Positions 36,307 to 48,998 of a stretch of DNA of 64,000 nt are shown here, one piece after another. Both the position numbers and the translations under genes were made by a program. The notes under the pieces are model-generated. The model did no database searches, had not been told where the DNA came from, and was given only the letters and a program-made list of their open reading frames with translations. Position 1 is the stretch's first letter, and each line of letters begins with the position of its first letter. Origin of the DNA: Selaginella moellendorffii. Its lineage: Eukaryota > Plantae > Lycopodiophyta. The DNA is taken from the NCBI RefSeq assembly GCF_000143415.4, contig NW_003314441.1, positions 37,042 through 101,041 on the forward strand. The letters run 5' to 3'.

Positions 36307-39297
36307 CTAGCTCGCTTTGATGCTGTTGGACAGCGTCACGTACGTGGAGGCCGGAGGCCAGCACGACTCGGACAGGAATCGCTGCCCAGCTTGCCTTCCT
36401 CGCTCCACATCACCGTGCAAGGTGCACGACGCAAGCAGGGCCGACCACGCGTCGCCGCTCACCTCCGCCGCCAACTCCTCCGCCTCCGCCAGGCGTCCGC
36501 TCCGACCCAGCAGATCCACAATGCAGCCTTTTTCGATGCTGCTGGGAGCCACTCCAAAGTCCCGCTCCATGTCCCGGAACGCCTGCCATGCGCCTTCCAA
36601 GTCTCCCGAGTGGCTACACGCGCTCAGCAAACTCACAAACGTACAGTTTGCTGGATCCACTCCCTGCTGCTGCATCCTGTGGAACAAGCTCTTTACTGTC
36701 TCCGTGACTCCCTGCCGGGCACAGGCCGCCATGAACACGTTCCACGCCCCCGACGAGCTTCTGTGCCATGCAATCCTCTCAAAATGCCTGCTCGACTCCG
36801 CCAGCTTCCCACACCTGGCGTAGAGGCTCACCAGTCCGGTGGCCACGCCCGTGTCCGACTCGAGTCCCAGCTCCCGGACTAGCCTGTCAACCGCTCGGCC
36901 TTGCTCGAGTGCTGTGGACTCGGACAAGGAGTCGAGCACAACAGCCAGGGTGACCCTGCTCGGCTTGCACCCTTCCACCAGCATGCCTCTCAAGAGCGTC
37001 ATGACCACCTCATCATCACGTCTCGTCACGTCCTTGGAACAGGCGGAAATGAGCGCGTTCCACACCACCACGTCTCTCTCGGTCGTCACCTCAAACACCC
37101 GCCTCGAGTCCTCCCACCTCCCGCACTCCCCATACATGTCGATCAAGCTGCTCGCCACCTCTGCGTCGTCTTCCAGCCCGAGCTCGCGGACGTGCTGGTG
37201 GATGATGCCGCCTTGGCACAAGTTGCCATGCTTTGCGAAAATGCTGAGCGCCGTGATCAGCGTCACCTTGCTAGGAGTCACTCCTTCCAGTCGCATCCTC
37301 TGCAAGCATGCCACCGCCTTTTCACGGCAGTCCTCCTCGTCGCTTGTCTCGTCGTAGGCCGACAGCAGCGCCGTCCATGACACCACGTCTCGCTTCTCCA
37401 TTCCCGAGAACACCACCTCCGCGTCGCGTGCACACCAACACCTGGCGTACATGTGAATCAGGCTGTTGCTAACTTGAGTGCTGGATCCCAGCCCGCGTTC
37501 GCGAATCCACTCGTGAATCTTCTTGCCTTCCTGCGTGATCGCGACCTGACAACCACCGCTGCAGCAGCTCACTGCTGTTGCAGCCGCCATCAGAGTGATT
37601 CCGTTTGGCTTCTCTCCTTGGAGCTGCATTCTCCTCAGCAGATGCAATGCCTCCTCCCAGTAGCCGCTCTCCGCAAACGCTCCCAACATTGCGTTCCACG
37701 AGACCACGTCCCTTCCCAGTCCTTCGAAGGCTCTCTCGGCCTCCACTAGCATTCCGCACTTGCCATGCACGCTTATGAATGCGTTACGGACCAGAGTGTC
37801 CGTCGCCACTCCAGCCTCTACTGTGCAAGTGCCAAGAAGCTGCCCGAGCTGCATTTTCTTCTTTTCATCCAGCCCCGCGTACGACTCCAGTGCGGAGACG
37901 ATGGTGAACCGGTCCGGCTGCTGGCCGTCGAGAAGCATCTGCAAAAACAGCAGCCACGCACCTCCAGAGTCGTCGTGGTTTGCATGAGCGGTGATCATAA
38001 CGTTCCACAACACACTGTCCCTATGCACCATGGTGTCAAACACGTCTCGCGCCCGCCCCAGCTCCCCAAACTCTGCGTACAACTTGACAAGGACGGTCTG
38101 GATGACCACGTCCACTGCGATGCCGGCGTCGGTCATGCAATCCACCAGGCCCTGCAGCGTCACTGGCACGTCGCACGCCGTGAAGATCCTCGCAAAGCTA
38201 ACTTCGTCTGGAGATGACGCACCATCGAGGAGCATATTTTGAAACAGCACCATCGCTTCCTCTTTGAAACCGAGCTCGACGTAAAGACCGATCATGGTGT
38301 TCCAGGAAGCACTCGTCTTTACGTATGCGGCGCAGTCGAATATCCCCCTGGCCTTTTCGACACCACCCCCGCATTTCCCAAACATGTTGAGCAGCGCATT
38401 CACCACGGGAGCGTCCGTCCGGCACTCGTGCTCGGAGATACAAGCGTGAATCCGGCTGGCGTCTGCTAGCAAGTCCGGGGTAGAGCAGGCCGTCATAACG
38501 TTGATTAAGGCGATCTTATCAGGCGTCACTCCCTCGAGGTGCATCGAGTAGAAAGTTGTCACTGCTTCCTTGTTCCTGCCATTGCTCACGTAGGCGGCCA
38601 TCAAAACGCTCCATGGTGCAGAGCGCTCGTGGCACACTGTGCTCTCGAACACCAGCCGTGCATCTCGCAAGCTCCCACACTTGCCATACATGTTCATCAG
38701 TGTTGTTCCCACGAAACTGTCCAACTCGTAGCCGCTGTCCAAGATCAAAGTGTGTAGCAGCTTTCCCTGTGCAAGGTGGTGACGAGAGTTGAAAGCCTTA
38801 AGTAGATTGACGAAGGTGACGTTGTTTGGAGGCACTCCTTCGAGTTGCATTCTCTGGAATAGCATCATGGATTCTTGGAACATGGTATCTTGACCAGCAT
38901 ACACCGCAATGAGAGAGCTCCAGGATATGACATTCGGCTCCAGGATGCGGTCAAACGCCTCTTGGGATTCCCTCGGCTTTCCGCACTTGCCATACATGGT
39001 CACGAGGATGTTTCCAATGTAGCAATCCTGTTCCAAGTCACTCCTCACCTGCTTGAGTTCTTGGTGGATGCGTTTTGCTTGGATGTAATCCGCTGCGTTG
39101 CCGCAAGCCAGCAGCAGTCGAGCATACTCCGCTGCCGATTTCTCCCCCACTGGGCATTTATCGTCCATCCCCTGTTTCGAAGCCTGTGATCTCTGCTCCG
39201 CGGCCATAGTGGCAAACCAAATTCTTGGAGGCCATTCTCTCTTTCCCCACGCTGCTTGAGCACGAGAAAGAGCTCTTCCCGAGGGAGACAAGCGCAT
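36307..39297 (-). CDS. PLS-class pentatricopeptide repeat protein with E domain (putative organellar RNA-editing factor), intronless; start uncertain
   Basis: Repeated LVTMYGKCG, DVVSWNAML and TFVSLLSACSHSG; CIVDLLGRSGRL...WSALLASC...YVTLSN. No DYW domain. Confidence 0.92.
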   Translation of the reverse strand: MRLSPSGRALSRAQAAWGKREWPPRIWFATMAAEQRSQASKQGMDDKCPVGEKSAAEYARLLLACGNAADYIQAKRIHQELKQVRSDLEQDCYIGNILVTMYGKCGKPRESQEAFDRILEPNVISWSSLIAVYAGQDTMFQESMMLFQRMQLEGVPPNNVTFVNLLKAFNSRHHLAQGKLLHTLILDSGYELDSFVGTTLMNMYGKCGSLRDARLVFESTVCHERSAPWSVLMAAYVSNGRNKEAVTTFYSMHLEGVTPDKIALINVMTACSTPDLLADASRIHACISEHECRTDAPVVNALLNMFGKCGGGVEKARGIFDCAAYVKTSASWNTMIGLYVELGFKEEAMVLFQNMLLDGASSPDEVSFARIFTACDVPVTLQGLVDCMTDAGIAVDVVIQTVLVKLYAEFGELGRARDVFDTMVHRDSVLWNVMITAHANHDDSGGAWLLFLQMLLDGQQPDRFTIVSALESYAGLDEKKKMQLGQLLGTCTVEAGVATDTLVRNAFISVHGKCGMLVEAERAFEGLGRDVVSWNAMLGAFAESGYWEEALHLLRRMQLQGEKPNGITLMAAATAVSCCSGGCQVAITQEGKKIHEWIRERGLGSSTQVSNSLIHMYARCWCARDAEVVFSGMEKRDVVSWTALLSAYDETSDEEDCREKAVACLQRMRLEGVTPSKVTLITALSIFAKHGNLCQGGIIHQHVRELGLEDDAEVASSLIDMYGECGRWEDSRRVFEVTTERDVVVWNALISACSKDVTRRDDEVVMTLLRGMLVEGCKPSRVTLAVVLDSLSESTALEQGRAVDRLVRELGLESDTGVATGLVSLYARCGKLAESSRHFERIAWHRSSSGAWNVFMAACARQGVTETVKSLFHRMQQQGVDPANCTFVSLLSACSHSGDLEGAWQAFRDMERDFGVAPSSIEKGCIVDLLGRSGRLAEAEELAAEVSGDAWSALLASCTLHGDVERGRQAGQRFLSESCWPPASTYVTLSNSIKAS

Positions 39298-39369
39298 TGA
39301 AAAGGCAAGCTTTCCACCCTTTACAAATACCCCTGCAAGGCACACACGGGTTCATCCCGGTCATCTTGA

Positions 39370-39510
39370 AGAAACTTCAAGCCCGCCACCAGATAAGAAA
39401 CAGTGCTGTGAGGATCAAGCACGAAAACGTGGTGCACAGCTCTTAGGCCCCGAACAAGGTCCCCTTGATCTCTGCAGCCACCCAGCAGACTAATCCATGC
39501 CGCCCGCGAC
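39370..39510 (-). pseudogene. Orphan PPR E-domain fragment
   Basis: AWISLLGGCRDQGDLVRGLRAVHHVFVLDPHSTVSY with no upstream PPR array. Confidence 0.65.
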
Positions 39511-40963
39511 ACTCTCTCCCCACTGTGCTTGATCTTCATTCCATCACCTTCTTCGACGTTTCCGACTTTTTTTCTCTGTGAGCTTGAGCAATAGCAGAGC
39601 TCTCAGCTTTAACACAGAACAAGAAATAAAGCAGGAAAGAAAGAGAGAGTTATCGTCGAGAGAGGATTGTGATCAGAGAGCTACAGTGGTGCTAGCACTC
39701 AATCACATTCTCATTGCCGAACAAGAGTGATCATCCAGGATTGCCTAATAAAATGAAAGAACTTCGAGCCCTTCGCTGGAAAACAAAAACATTCCTGGCA
39801 AATAAACTCTTTGTGATTAAGACAAACCTTTTTCTCTATCGAAAAACAAAAGGAAGAGACGTGCATTTTTTGAGTCAGTCGTGAAATGCCCGAGCGGAAA
39901 CGAGTGCCATTTCGTCCAAAGTGATCACGAACCATACAAAATAATTCCCATTATCTCTGTGGCATTATAAAAAATCTGCCAAATGGATCGTGCTGTCTTC
40001 TTCGAGATCTTTCGTAATTTTTCTTTTTTTGCTTACCTCAATTGATAGGGAAAAGTTTGTTTATATTGTTTCTTAAACAAGAACCAAGCTCCTCTCGTTT
40101 TGTACATATTTCCTGTGGTCAAGTTCACATTAAATCAATCGGGTGATACTCACCTGTGTTTTCTTTAATTTTCTTGATGCTCGATCTTCTGTGTCCCTTT
40201 TTCCTGATGAAAGCCAAGCTGAAAAGCCAAACGATTCAATCAATCAATGAGTTTTGGCTGATTTGTATCCTTTGGAGAAAACTTTCATTGAGTTAGAAAT
40301 TGTGGACCACGTCTTCACCCTGGAAATAAGAAAAGATAGAAAACAAGTTTTAATCTTCATGCAATCGATAAACAAAAGATTAATAAACCAGCAGCAAGAG
40401 CAGCAGCAATCATGAACACAACAGCTGTTGTGCAACAAGCACTGAAATAAAAAAAAAGGAGAATAAAAGGGAAAAGAAAGAGAACTGCATTGGAAGGCAA
40501 AACATCAATTAAATAGAGCAGTCTGGAGTAGTGAGTTTAAGCTTTTCTTCTGCATGCTGCAAATTTGGGTGATAGCAGTATTTTTGTCAATAGTGATTTT
40601 GTCACTCTAGATTCCCTGCTTGTCATACGTTTTGAAACAATTCACCAAAGGTATGGTCACATGGTGAGGAAGTCTTAAACATTAGTTGACTTAATGGATG
40701 GGCTTTCAGGCCTGGTGTTAGCAAGCACTACTATAAATGGAGAGGGACTTCATAGGGATAAAAAAAAATGATATTAGAGAATGGTGTCCCCTATATCTTG
40801 TGGTCATCCCATGACTATTTACGGATGGATGGCTCAATTGTGGAAATATGGTATTGTAATATGGGTGGTCTTATATTACTAATAAGATATTAAGAATGGA
40901 CACAATTTTAGTGTTAAAGGCAAGTACATTAATAATACTTTTTAGGTGTCTAAAGTGGGACTG

Positions 40964-42810
40964 TGTAAGCAATTAACTCCTTATAGTGTCATATGCTAAA
41001 ATATCCCGAAAATCATGACTAGAACAATAAAAAGTTTATCAAATGAGATTAAGTCCAAGATCAAGTCTAATACCAACTCCAAGACCAAGTTCGAGATCAA
41101 GTCCGAGATTCAAGATTGGGTCCAAGACCAAGTCTGAGATTGAGTTCAAAACCAAGTTTGAGGTCAATTCCGAGATTGAATCTGAGACTAAATTTGAATA
41201 TGAATACAGATTGTGGAGTGAACGCTCAAAATCATCATCCCCCACCCCCGCCCCCTGCAGGGAAGCCTTTGCAAGGGGTTCCAAACGTATAATAGGGATA
41301 ATGAAGTTAAATACCTAATCTTGAAAGAACTCTCCAATAGTACTTTTAAACCAAATTGAAGTTGGGATTAGGGGTTAGTGGCCTTTGATGGGAGTGAGTA
41401 TGGACTCAAGGGATGCTAAAGAGGCCTCCCAAAGAATTGCACAAAAGCAACTCCCACTCTTAGATAAGAAATTGATTGCAATGCTCTTAACTCATATGGA
41501 GTGGTGCTCTATTTAAGTACTATACAACTTATTGGTCCTTGCTCCTTCCTAAGGGCTTGAGCATTCTTTTTGGGACAGAAGTGAGGGAGTCAAGATACCT
41601 ATACCAGGCTATTAAGCCACAGTGTTTCCCTTTGTTGTTTCCAAGTAAAAGATGCACTCAAGGCTTGGGATTTAGAGGATCCTATTAATAAACTTTGTGT
41701 ATTATGGGATGTTGAGAACTTCAAAACTTGGTATGCTTAATTGCTTGTACTTATGAGGAGTGTAGCCAAATTTTAAGTTCAATCTAACATAAGGAGAGGG
41801 ATGGAGAGAAAGTTTGAGAATATGTGGAGTAAAACCTTGTTGGTTATATAATAAATAGCTGGACCTAAGTATTGATCAAGCTAGAGTTGGTAAGATAGGT
41901 GGGATCCTTAGTAAAGGAATTTAATTAATGCCAAGGCAAAGATGTTCGAATAAATGAGGTAAGTTAGTAAACTGGTAAAGGAAAATTTATAACTTACAAT
42001 TTGGTATAAAATTTTTTTCTATAGTTCTAGCAAAGGATAAGGTGGATTGCTATGAAATGGCTAAGGTAGATAGAACCTCCTCCAGAGATGGAGCCTTTGA
42101 TTGAACAAAAAGTTGTGGATGAGGAATCCCTAGATGAAGACGACTCAAGTGAGAAAACTTCAAAACAAGAATTTGGGGGTGAGGTTTAGTTGTCCAAGGC
42201 TTGATTGGATACTCTAAAAGGATAATTAGTACGTACTAATGCTCTACTAAAGACCCTCATACGCAAGCTAAAGCGTGATGAGAAACAATTCGAGGAGTTG
42301 GGATTATAGTTAAGCAAAGATATTCAAGAGACAAGCTTAATTCATAAATGATTGATCTGGCCACAGAACTTGATGAGATTCTAGTGCTGTGCAAACAAAA
42401 TTTGTAAGATAGAGTGGAGAAATTTGCTAATAAGCATCACAAATTTTGGGAATATAAGGTGGGTGATATTATTTTTATATGAGTGATCTTTTCATTAAAT
42501 GAGCGGCGAAACACCTTAGTGCTATTGTGAAATGGGAAGAGTGATAAAATTTCTCATAGATATGTTAGTCCATATAAAGTGTTAGAGTGCATTGGTAAGG
42601 TGGCTTATCGGATGCAGCTATCAACTAGAGTAAAAATTCATTTGGTATTTTATGTTAGCCAATTGAAAGATATACTATCTTGGAGTGAAAGGCCCAATGC
42701 TTCCTTGATATATATAGATATAGAAGATGGACCAAGAACTTTAGCAAAGTTCTCTAGAATAGGTGATCATTAGTACAACTTATTCTTAGGATAGAAGGGG
42801 GGAGAATTGT
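40964..42810 (+). mobile_element. Decayed Ty3/gypsy element: LTR 40964-41998, PBS, integrase C-terminal remnant, PPT
   Basis: TGTAAG...CTTACA followed by TTGGTAT; PYKVLECIGKVAYRMQL...IHLVFYVSQLK at about 42570-42670; AGAAGGGGGGAGAA followed by TG at 42793-42809. Confidence 0.75.
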
Positions 42811-44559
42811 TAGATGCCAGCTTTGACTCCATGGTTAACATGGGTTAAAGGGAAGCTCAAAGGCATGGAATTAGGGTAAGGGTTAACTTATCTTAGAGCT
42901 CATAATGGACCAATGGGGTAGTGGAGCTCGGGGGTGGTTGGGTGGTGAACCTTAAGAGGAGATTTAGCATAATCTAGAAAAACTAAATCTTTATCTTTTA
43001 GCACTGAGTTTTAACAGTGTTAGGTGTTATAAATTTGTATTGCTAAGATGTGGCATTTATGTTACATTTTGTCAAATTGAGTTGGCACTAGATACTAGTG
43101 TAAAACTTTGTAGTAGTGATTGTGGTGTTTTTTGATTGATGATCAAGTCATTGTGATTTTTATATCATATTCTAGTGATTGTGAGAAATGTGTTTATAAA
43201 GTTGTTTGGTCAAAAAATGATCAATCTTAAGTGATTGATAGTGAAACTAATTTACTTGCATGCAGTAGCATTGTAATAACTTTTGCTAAGTTCTCAATAA
43301 TGATCCATTATGCTAAGCTTAATTTGGTACCTTAGTTCCTTGAGTTTGCCCATTGGAGTTTTGGAAAAGGTTATGGCTTATTAGTGAGTGTATAAGCACT
43401 TGGAATAAATTTTTGGATGGAGAAAGTGTGTAGCTAAGCATTAATATTACTAACACTTGTGTTAGTGAAGGTGGCATTTTTATGATGAGTGATTAGGAAT
43501 TTTCTTTAAAGCTTATTTTTCATGTTATTTTTCATATTAGTGTTTTGGCTTCACATTGAATCTTAAAGGTGATTGAAGAAGTGTATTAGTACAATATGGA
43601 TATCTAAGATATGGTCTTTGTTAAATGGGGCTTTTATTCACTAAACCCTATGTTGAGTTCGTTAAGACATGAAACTAGTAAAGAGCCACAACAAAAAGTT
43701 TTGTTATGCACAAAACCAACAAAGAGCAAAAAGGGTCTTCATATGGTACCTTTAGAAAATTCGTCATAACCTTTTATCTCAAGTCTTAGTCTTTGCTTTG
43801 AGTAAAGTTAGCAAGAAGATAATAGGAGAAACTTTAGGTGCCAAGGGGTTAGTTTTGAGAGGGGAGTTGCTCATGAGCTTGATAGCTCATATTGCCGTAA
43901 ATGTGGAATTCAAAACACCATTTCTTCATTAGTGTTCATAATCATTTGTGAATACTTGCCTCTCTTGTAAGATATAGTCTTTGTGATCGAGTTTAGGGTG
44001 TTCATTTTGCATTTATGGATGTTTGGTGTTAAATGTCAAATATATAAACATGTTATTAAATCTTTAAGCATATTGTTGGGTTATAACAATTTATGTTGAA
44101 ATGAACCTATGGGATGTTTTAGGTAGGAGGAAGTTGGTTGAGTGTTGGAAGTTTGTATTTTTGGACGAAAAGTCATTCTTTCTCTAGGATGGAAAACTTT
44201 CCATAAATTTTTTGTAGGCTTTTTAATAGTTAATCTATTAATCACTTTGCCCAAAAACCATTCTATTTTCATAAGCCATTGCAAACTGGTGAAAGGGTTG
44301 GAGTTCACTTCAATTGATTTAGACCTTAGTAGGTAATTTGTATGATGCAACTCAAAAGGGATGTTGAGTTTTTAGGGCTAAGGCAATTGAGTTGGATAGA
44401 GTTTAGAATTGATATAGAAAAGTGGCTATTGCACTTTTTTAGAAAAGTGATCTTTGTGACTTTCTTTTATAACATTATACTTGGTAGTAAGTTGAACCTT
44501 ATATTGGGTTAGACTTTATGAGAGTAGTGAGCTTATTGATCTTGATTTGGTCTTGATGG

Positions 44560-44955
44560 TGTAAGCTCTTAAATTTGGATTTCCCAGGAAGTCATCCAAC
44601 CCAGTACTATTCAAACCCAAGGATGCTTTACCCCAAGTATTTTAAGACCCTTAACCGATTCAAAAAGGGGGTGCACTTTTATTCATGGGCCCTTTCCCTC
44701 TATATTTGAACCCTATGGATCGTCTCTCAAGTTGTTCTCTTTGGTTGCTTACAATCCACCACGCTTCCCTACAAGTTCATGCCCTCATGAACGGAAGCTG
44801 AGAGCCACAGCTCTCCCAAGAGTCTCGCTCTCTTAACACCCTACCTCTCGGGTCGAGCCCAGTTGAAGCAAATTAGACTTGCTAGATGTCAATTAATATG
44901 TGGTGCAATTCCCCTAACCAACCAATAGAGTCAAACTTAAGACCCCTTTAATGCT
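44560..44955 (-). mobile_element. Cassandra-type TRIM, truncated (LTR 44560-44753 plus internal domain)
   Basis: 194-bp TG...CA LTR with 5S domain; internal part homologous to 46976-47180. Confidence 0.85.
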
Positions 44956-45697
44956 ACCATCTAAGTCTATACTCTCTCCCACCCAAGGCTCTTAAGCCCT
45001 AGTCTCAACCTCAAGTTAGTTTGGAAGCACCACTGAAGAGTTCCTTCAAAACTTATTCTTGGATCTCACTATCCCTACTATACTTTTGGAACCCCCTATG
45101 GCCCTCCCCCCCACAGGAGACACATGCTTTCACGGCTTTTACCCCACGACTTGTATTAGTATTCGAACTCGGTCTCGGACTTGATCTCAGACTCGATCTT
45201 AGACTCAACCTCAGACTTGATCTCAGACTTGACCTTGGACTCAGTCTTAGACTTGATCTCAGCGATCTCGGACTCGATCTCGGACCCAACCTCGGACTCT
45301 GTTTTGGACTCGATCTTGGACTCGGTCTTGGACTCAGTCTCGGACTCAGTCTTGGAATCATGCTTTTGGGGATCCTTTAACTTATAACACCTTAGGGAGT
45401 TGGTTCCTTACATGGTGGGGTGTGGCATTTATGTTGCATTTTGTTGAATAGAGTCAGCATTTGATACTCATGTAAACTTTTGAAGTAATAAGATGGGCTT
45501 GCTTGTGGTGTTGCTCAATTGATAATCAAGTCATTATGATTTCCATATCATATCTATATGATCGTGACTAATGTGTTTACAAAGTTTCTTGGTTAGACGA
45601 TAATCAACCCCAAAGTGGTTAATAGTGAAGTTAGTCTACTTGCAAGTAGTAACATTAAAGTAGCTTTGATTGAATTCTTGATGGTGGTCCAATTATA

Positions 45698-45961
45698 TGT
45701 AAGGGAACAACTCAAGAGATGATTCATAGGGTTCAAATATATAGGGAAAGGGCCCATGAACATAAATACACCCCATTTTCCAATTGATTAAGGGTTTTGG
45801 GATACTTGGGGTTAAACGTCCTTAGGTTTGAATAGTACTGGGTTGGGTAACCTCTTAAAAAGTCCAAATTTAAGAATTTACATTTGGTATCAAAGAGGCC
45901 TTAGGTCCGACTCTATTGGTTGGTTTAGGGGAATCACACCACATGTTGATTGACATCTGGC
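45698..45961 (+). mobile_element. Cassandra-type TRIM fragment (LTR, PBS, partial internal domain)
   Basis: Reverse-orientation copy; the LTR ends CA at 45882, then TTTGGTATCA (initiator-Met PBS). Confidence 0.8.
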
Positions 45962-46381
45962 ATATTAGAGAGGGAAATGAAGTTGCACAATATGTGCAAT
46001 AAAAGGTGTCGGAGACACCAAGGAAATTGACTTCGAAAAGTCAAAATTAAAAGTTCCAAGGTGAATTAGTTATATTAATAGAAGTTGAGACTACTCAAGA
46101 ATAAGTAATGGGATTGAGCTAGAGAAGGTGTCTCTAATGGGTTTAGCGAGAGCTAAACCAATAAAAGGGAGAGAACCACATGAGGTGGTCAAATGAGTTT
46201 ATATGTTGGAGACACTATGCTCCTTAGAGGTTAGACAAGGCATGGCAAGCCTTCAGTGTCAAACTATTGACGAATATAGGCTAGGTGCCAAGGATGGAAA
46301 AGGTAATATATGTTGGTGTTACTTTATAAAATGGTTTATCGTTCGATGAGGACATCGAACTTTATCTATGGGTGGTGGAGT

Positions 46382-48279
46382 TGTCAGACACGAATCCCTA
46401 AGCCCCAAAGTGGAGCCGAAAGGGTGTCATGTGGTACTGGCCGAAGTGAAAGCCAAACGAGCATAATACGTTTGGACTAAAAGGCTTCAACTTAAAAGGT
46501 CGAGAGCAGGAGTGGAACTCCCAACGTAGTGCTCAAGGAACGAGCATGAAGTGAGCAATAAAAGAGTCTCTAGAAAAGTGATACAAGAGGACCCGAGATG
46601 GACCCGAGATGGAGTCCGAGATGGACCCGAGATGGATCCGAGATGGACCCGAGATGGATCTGAGATGGACCCGAGATAGAGTCCAAGATGGACTGAGTCC
46701 GAGTCCGAGTTCGAGTCTGAGAGGGTGAAAGCCCAAAGCGTTCGTCTCCCAGACCCTGGGGGGTTTGGTGAGCTCCAAAAGTGTAAGCTCCTGAATTTGG
46801 ACTTCCCAGGAGGTCACCTAGCCTAGTACTATTTAAACCCAAGGACACTTAACCCCAAATATCCCAAGACCCTTAACCAATTGGAAAAGGGGGTGCACTC
46901 TTATTCATGGGCCCTTTTCCTCTATATTTGAACCCTATGGATCGTCTCTTGAGTCGTTCCCTTTGGTTGTTTACAATCCACTACACTTCCCTGCAAGTTC
47001 ACGCCCTTATGAACAAAAGATGAGAGCCACAGCTCTCCCGAGAGTTCCACTCTCTTGACACCCTACCCCTCGGGTCGAGCCCAGTAGGAGCAAACTAAAC
47101 CAGCCAGATATCAATCAACATGTGGTGTGATTCCCCTAGCTAACCAACAAAGTCGGACCCAAGACCCCTCTAATACCAAATGTAAGCTTCTGAATTTGGA
47201 CTTCCCAGAAGGTCACCCAGCCCAGTACTATTTAAACCCAAGGATGCTTAACCCCAAATATCCCAAGACCTTTAACCAATTGGAAAAAGGGGTGCACTCT
47301 TATTCATGGGCCTTTTCCCTCTATATTTGAACCCTATGGATTGTCTCTCGAGTTATTCCCTTTGGTTGCTTACATTTGGTCAAGAAAGGCCAATTTGGCT
47401 TAAGAAGGCTGTACCTAAGTGTTGGGTGATGGGATAACCACTGGGAAGTCCAAGGCTAGAGTAAATACAGAATAACAAGTAGGGTAGCTTGGTGAAAGTG
47501 TTCAAGAGCCGGCTCTAGTTCCCCCGGGAGATTAAATAGCTGATGCTCTCAGTCGAAGTGTGGGTGGCACTACCTACTTGGATACCTGGCATGGCTCAAT
47601 GGAACCTCGCTCTAAGCTCATGGCTAGAGCAGCCAAAGGCAGAAGGTGGGGAGAGTACCCATGGGGCTCGCGTAGGGCCACGGTGTTCCGAAATGTTGTC
47701 CTAAAGTCTTAGACTATGGAAAGGAAGAGGAATGGTCCTCTAGTGTAGTGACCAATGATATGGTCATGTGGTGAGGAAGTCCCAGAGAATAGTGGGACTT
47801 AGTGGTCGGGCTTGTAGGCCTTGATCTAGTGGTAGTGATAGTGAACTTGGCCATGGATAGAAAGAGTCTTCGTGAGGACCGGAAAAGGGATATTGAGGAA
47901 GGCTATTCCCCATGCCTGCGGGCATCCTAAAGATGCTAAGAAGTGGATCCAAGATGATCACTCATGGATGGATGGCCCAGTCTTTGAGAGACAGGACTGT
48001 GATGTAGGTGGTGTTAGACTACTGGTGTGACCAAGGTAAAGGGGCATGGCCTTAGCGTAACAGGTTGATATGTCAGTGGTACCTTGGGGTGTCGGTCATG
48101 GGATTGGACACGTGGAGCACTTGGGCCAAGTGCAAAGGTTGAATGGCGGGGATGCCATTATCAGGGCTAGCATGCCCAAGTCTGGAATAGGACTTATGGA
48201 GGTTGTGAGTGAGACTTCTCCATGCAGTTGGAGGTGTGGTTAAGTGACTAAAGTAGAATGGAAAAATTAGTCGCTTATA
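46382..48279 (+). mobile_element. LTR of the 1.95-kb minisatellite-bearing family, preceded by a PPT and interrupted by a Cassandra
   Basis: Reverse complement of 60944-62893; GGGTGGTGGAGT lies just upstream of the TG start. Confidence 0.8.
46782..47374 (-). mobile_element. Complete Cassandra-type TRIM (593 bp: LTR 46782-46975, internal 46976-47180, LTR 47181-47374)
   Basis: Two 194-bp TG...CA LTRs with a 5S A/IE/C-box domain. On the minus strand, PBS TGGTATTAGAG and PPT GGGAAGTGTAGTGGAT. Confidence 0.9.
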
Positions 48280-48417
48280 GTTCTGCACCACTATCCTTTA
48301 GATATATAACATGTCACATGTGGCATATAACACGTGGCATATAGAGGGTTTAGGTTCCACTTCATGGTTATTTTATGATAAATCACCATAGGATAAAAGG
48401 TGAAAACCACATGTGCT

Positions 48418-48998
48418 TTCCTTTTATATTTGAACCCTTATGGATCATCTCTTGAGTCGTTCCCTTTGGTTGCTTACAATCCACTATATTTTCTTGCAAG
48501 TTCATGCTCTTGTGAATGGAAGTTGAGAGCCATAACTCTCCCAAGAGCCCTACCCTCTTGGCACCCTACCCCTCGGGTCAAACCCAGCTGGAGCAAACTA
48601 GACCTGCCATATGTCAATCAACATATGGTGCAATTCCTCTAAACCAACTAACAAAGTCAGACTCAAGGCTTCTTTGATACCAAATGTAAGAGTAATAACT
48701 CTCCCGAGAGCCCCGCCCTCTTGGGACCCTACCCCTCGGGTCAAGCCCAGCTGAAGCAAATTGGACTTGCCAGATGTCAATCAACATGTGGTATGATTCC
48801 CCTAAACCAACTAGCAGAGTCAAACCTAAGGCCACTCTGATACCAAATATAAGAGCTACAACTCTCCCCAGAGCCCCACCCTCTTGGCACCCTACCCCTC
48901 AGGTCAAGCCCAACCAAAGAAAACTGGATCTACCAAATGTCAAGCAACATATGGTGTGATTCTCCTAAACTAATCAGCAGAGTCGAACCTAAGGCCCA
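48418..48998 (-). repeat. Tandem array (about 3 x 165 bp) of Cassandra internal domains with LTRs almost entirely deleted
   Basis: Repeated ACTCTCCC...ACCCTACCCCTC...CAACAT...GATACCAAAT units after a partial LTR. Confidence 0.8.

Noticed and set aside
47196-47253. 5S rRNA genes
   Set aside because: Only about 55 nt of the 3' half is present, embedded in LTRs. These are Cassandra domains, not rDNA.
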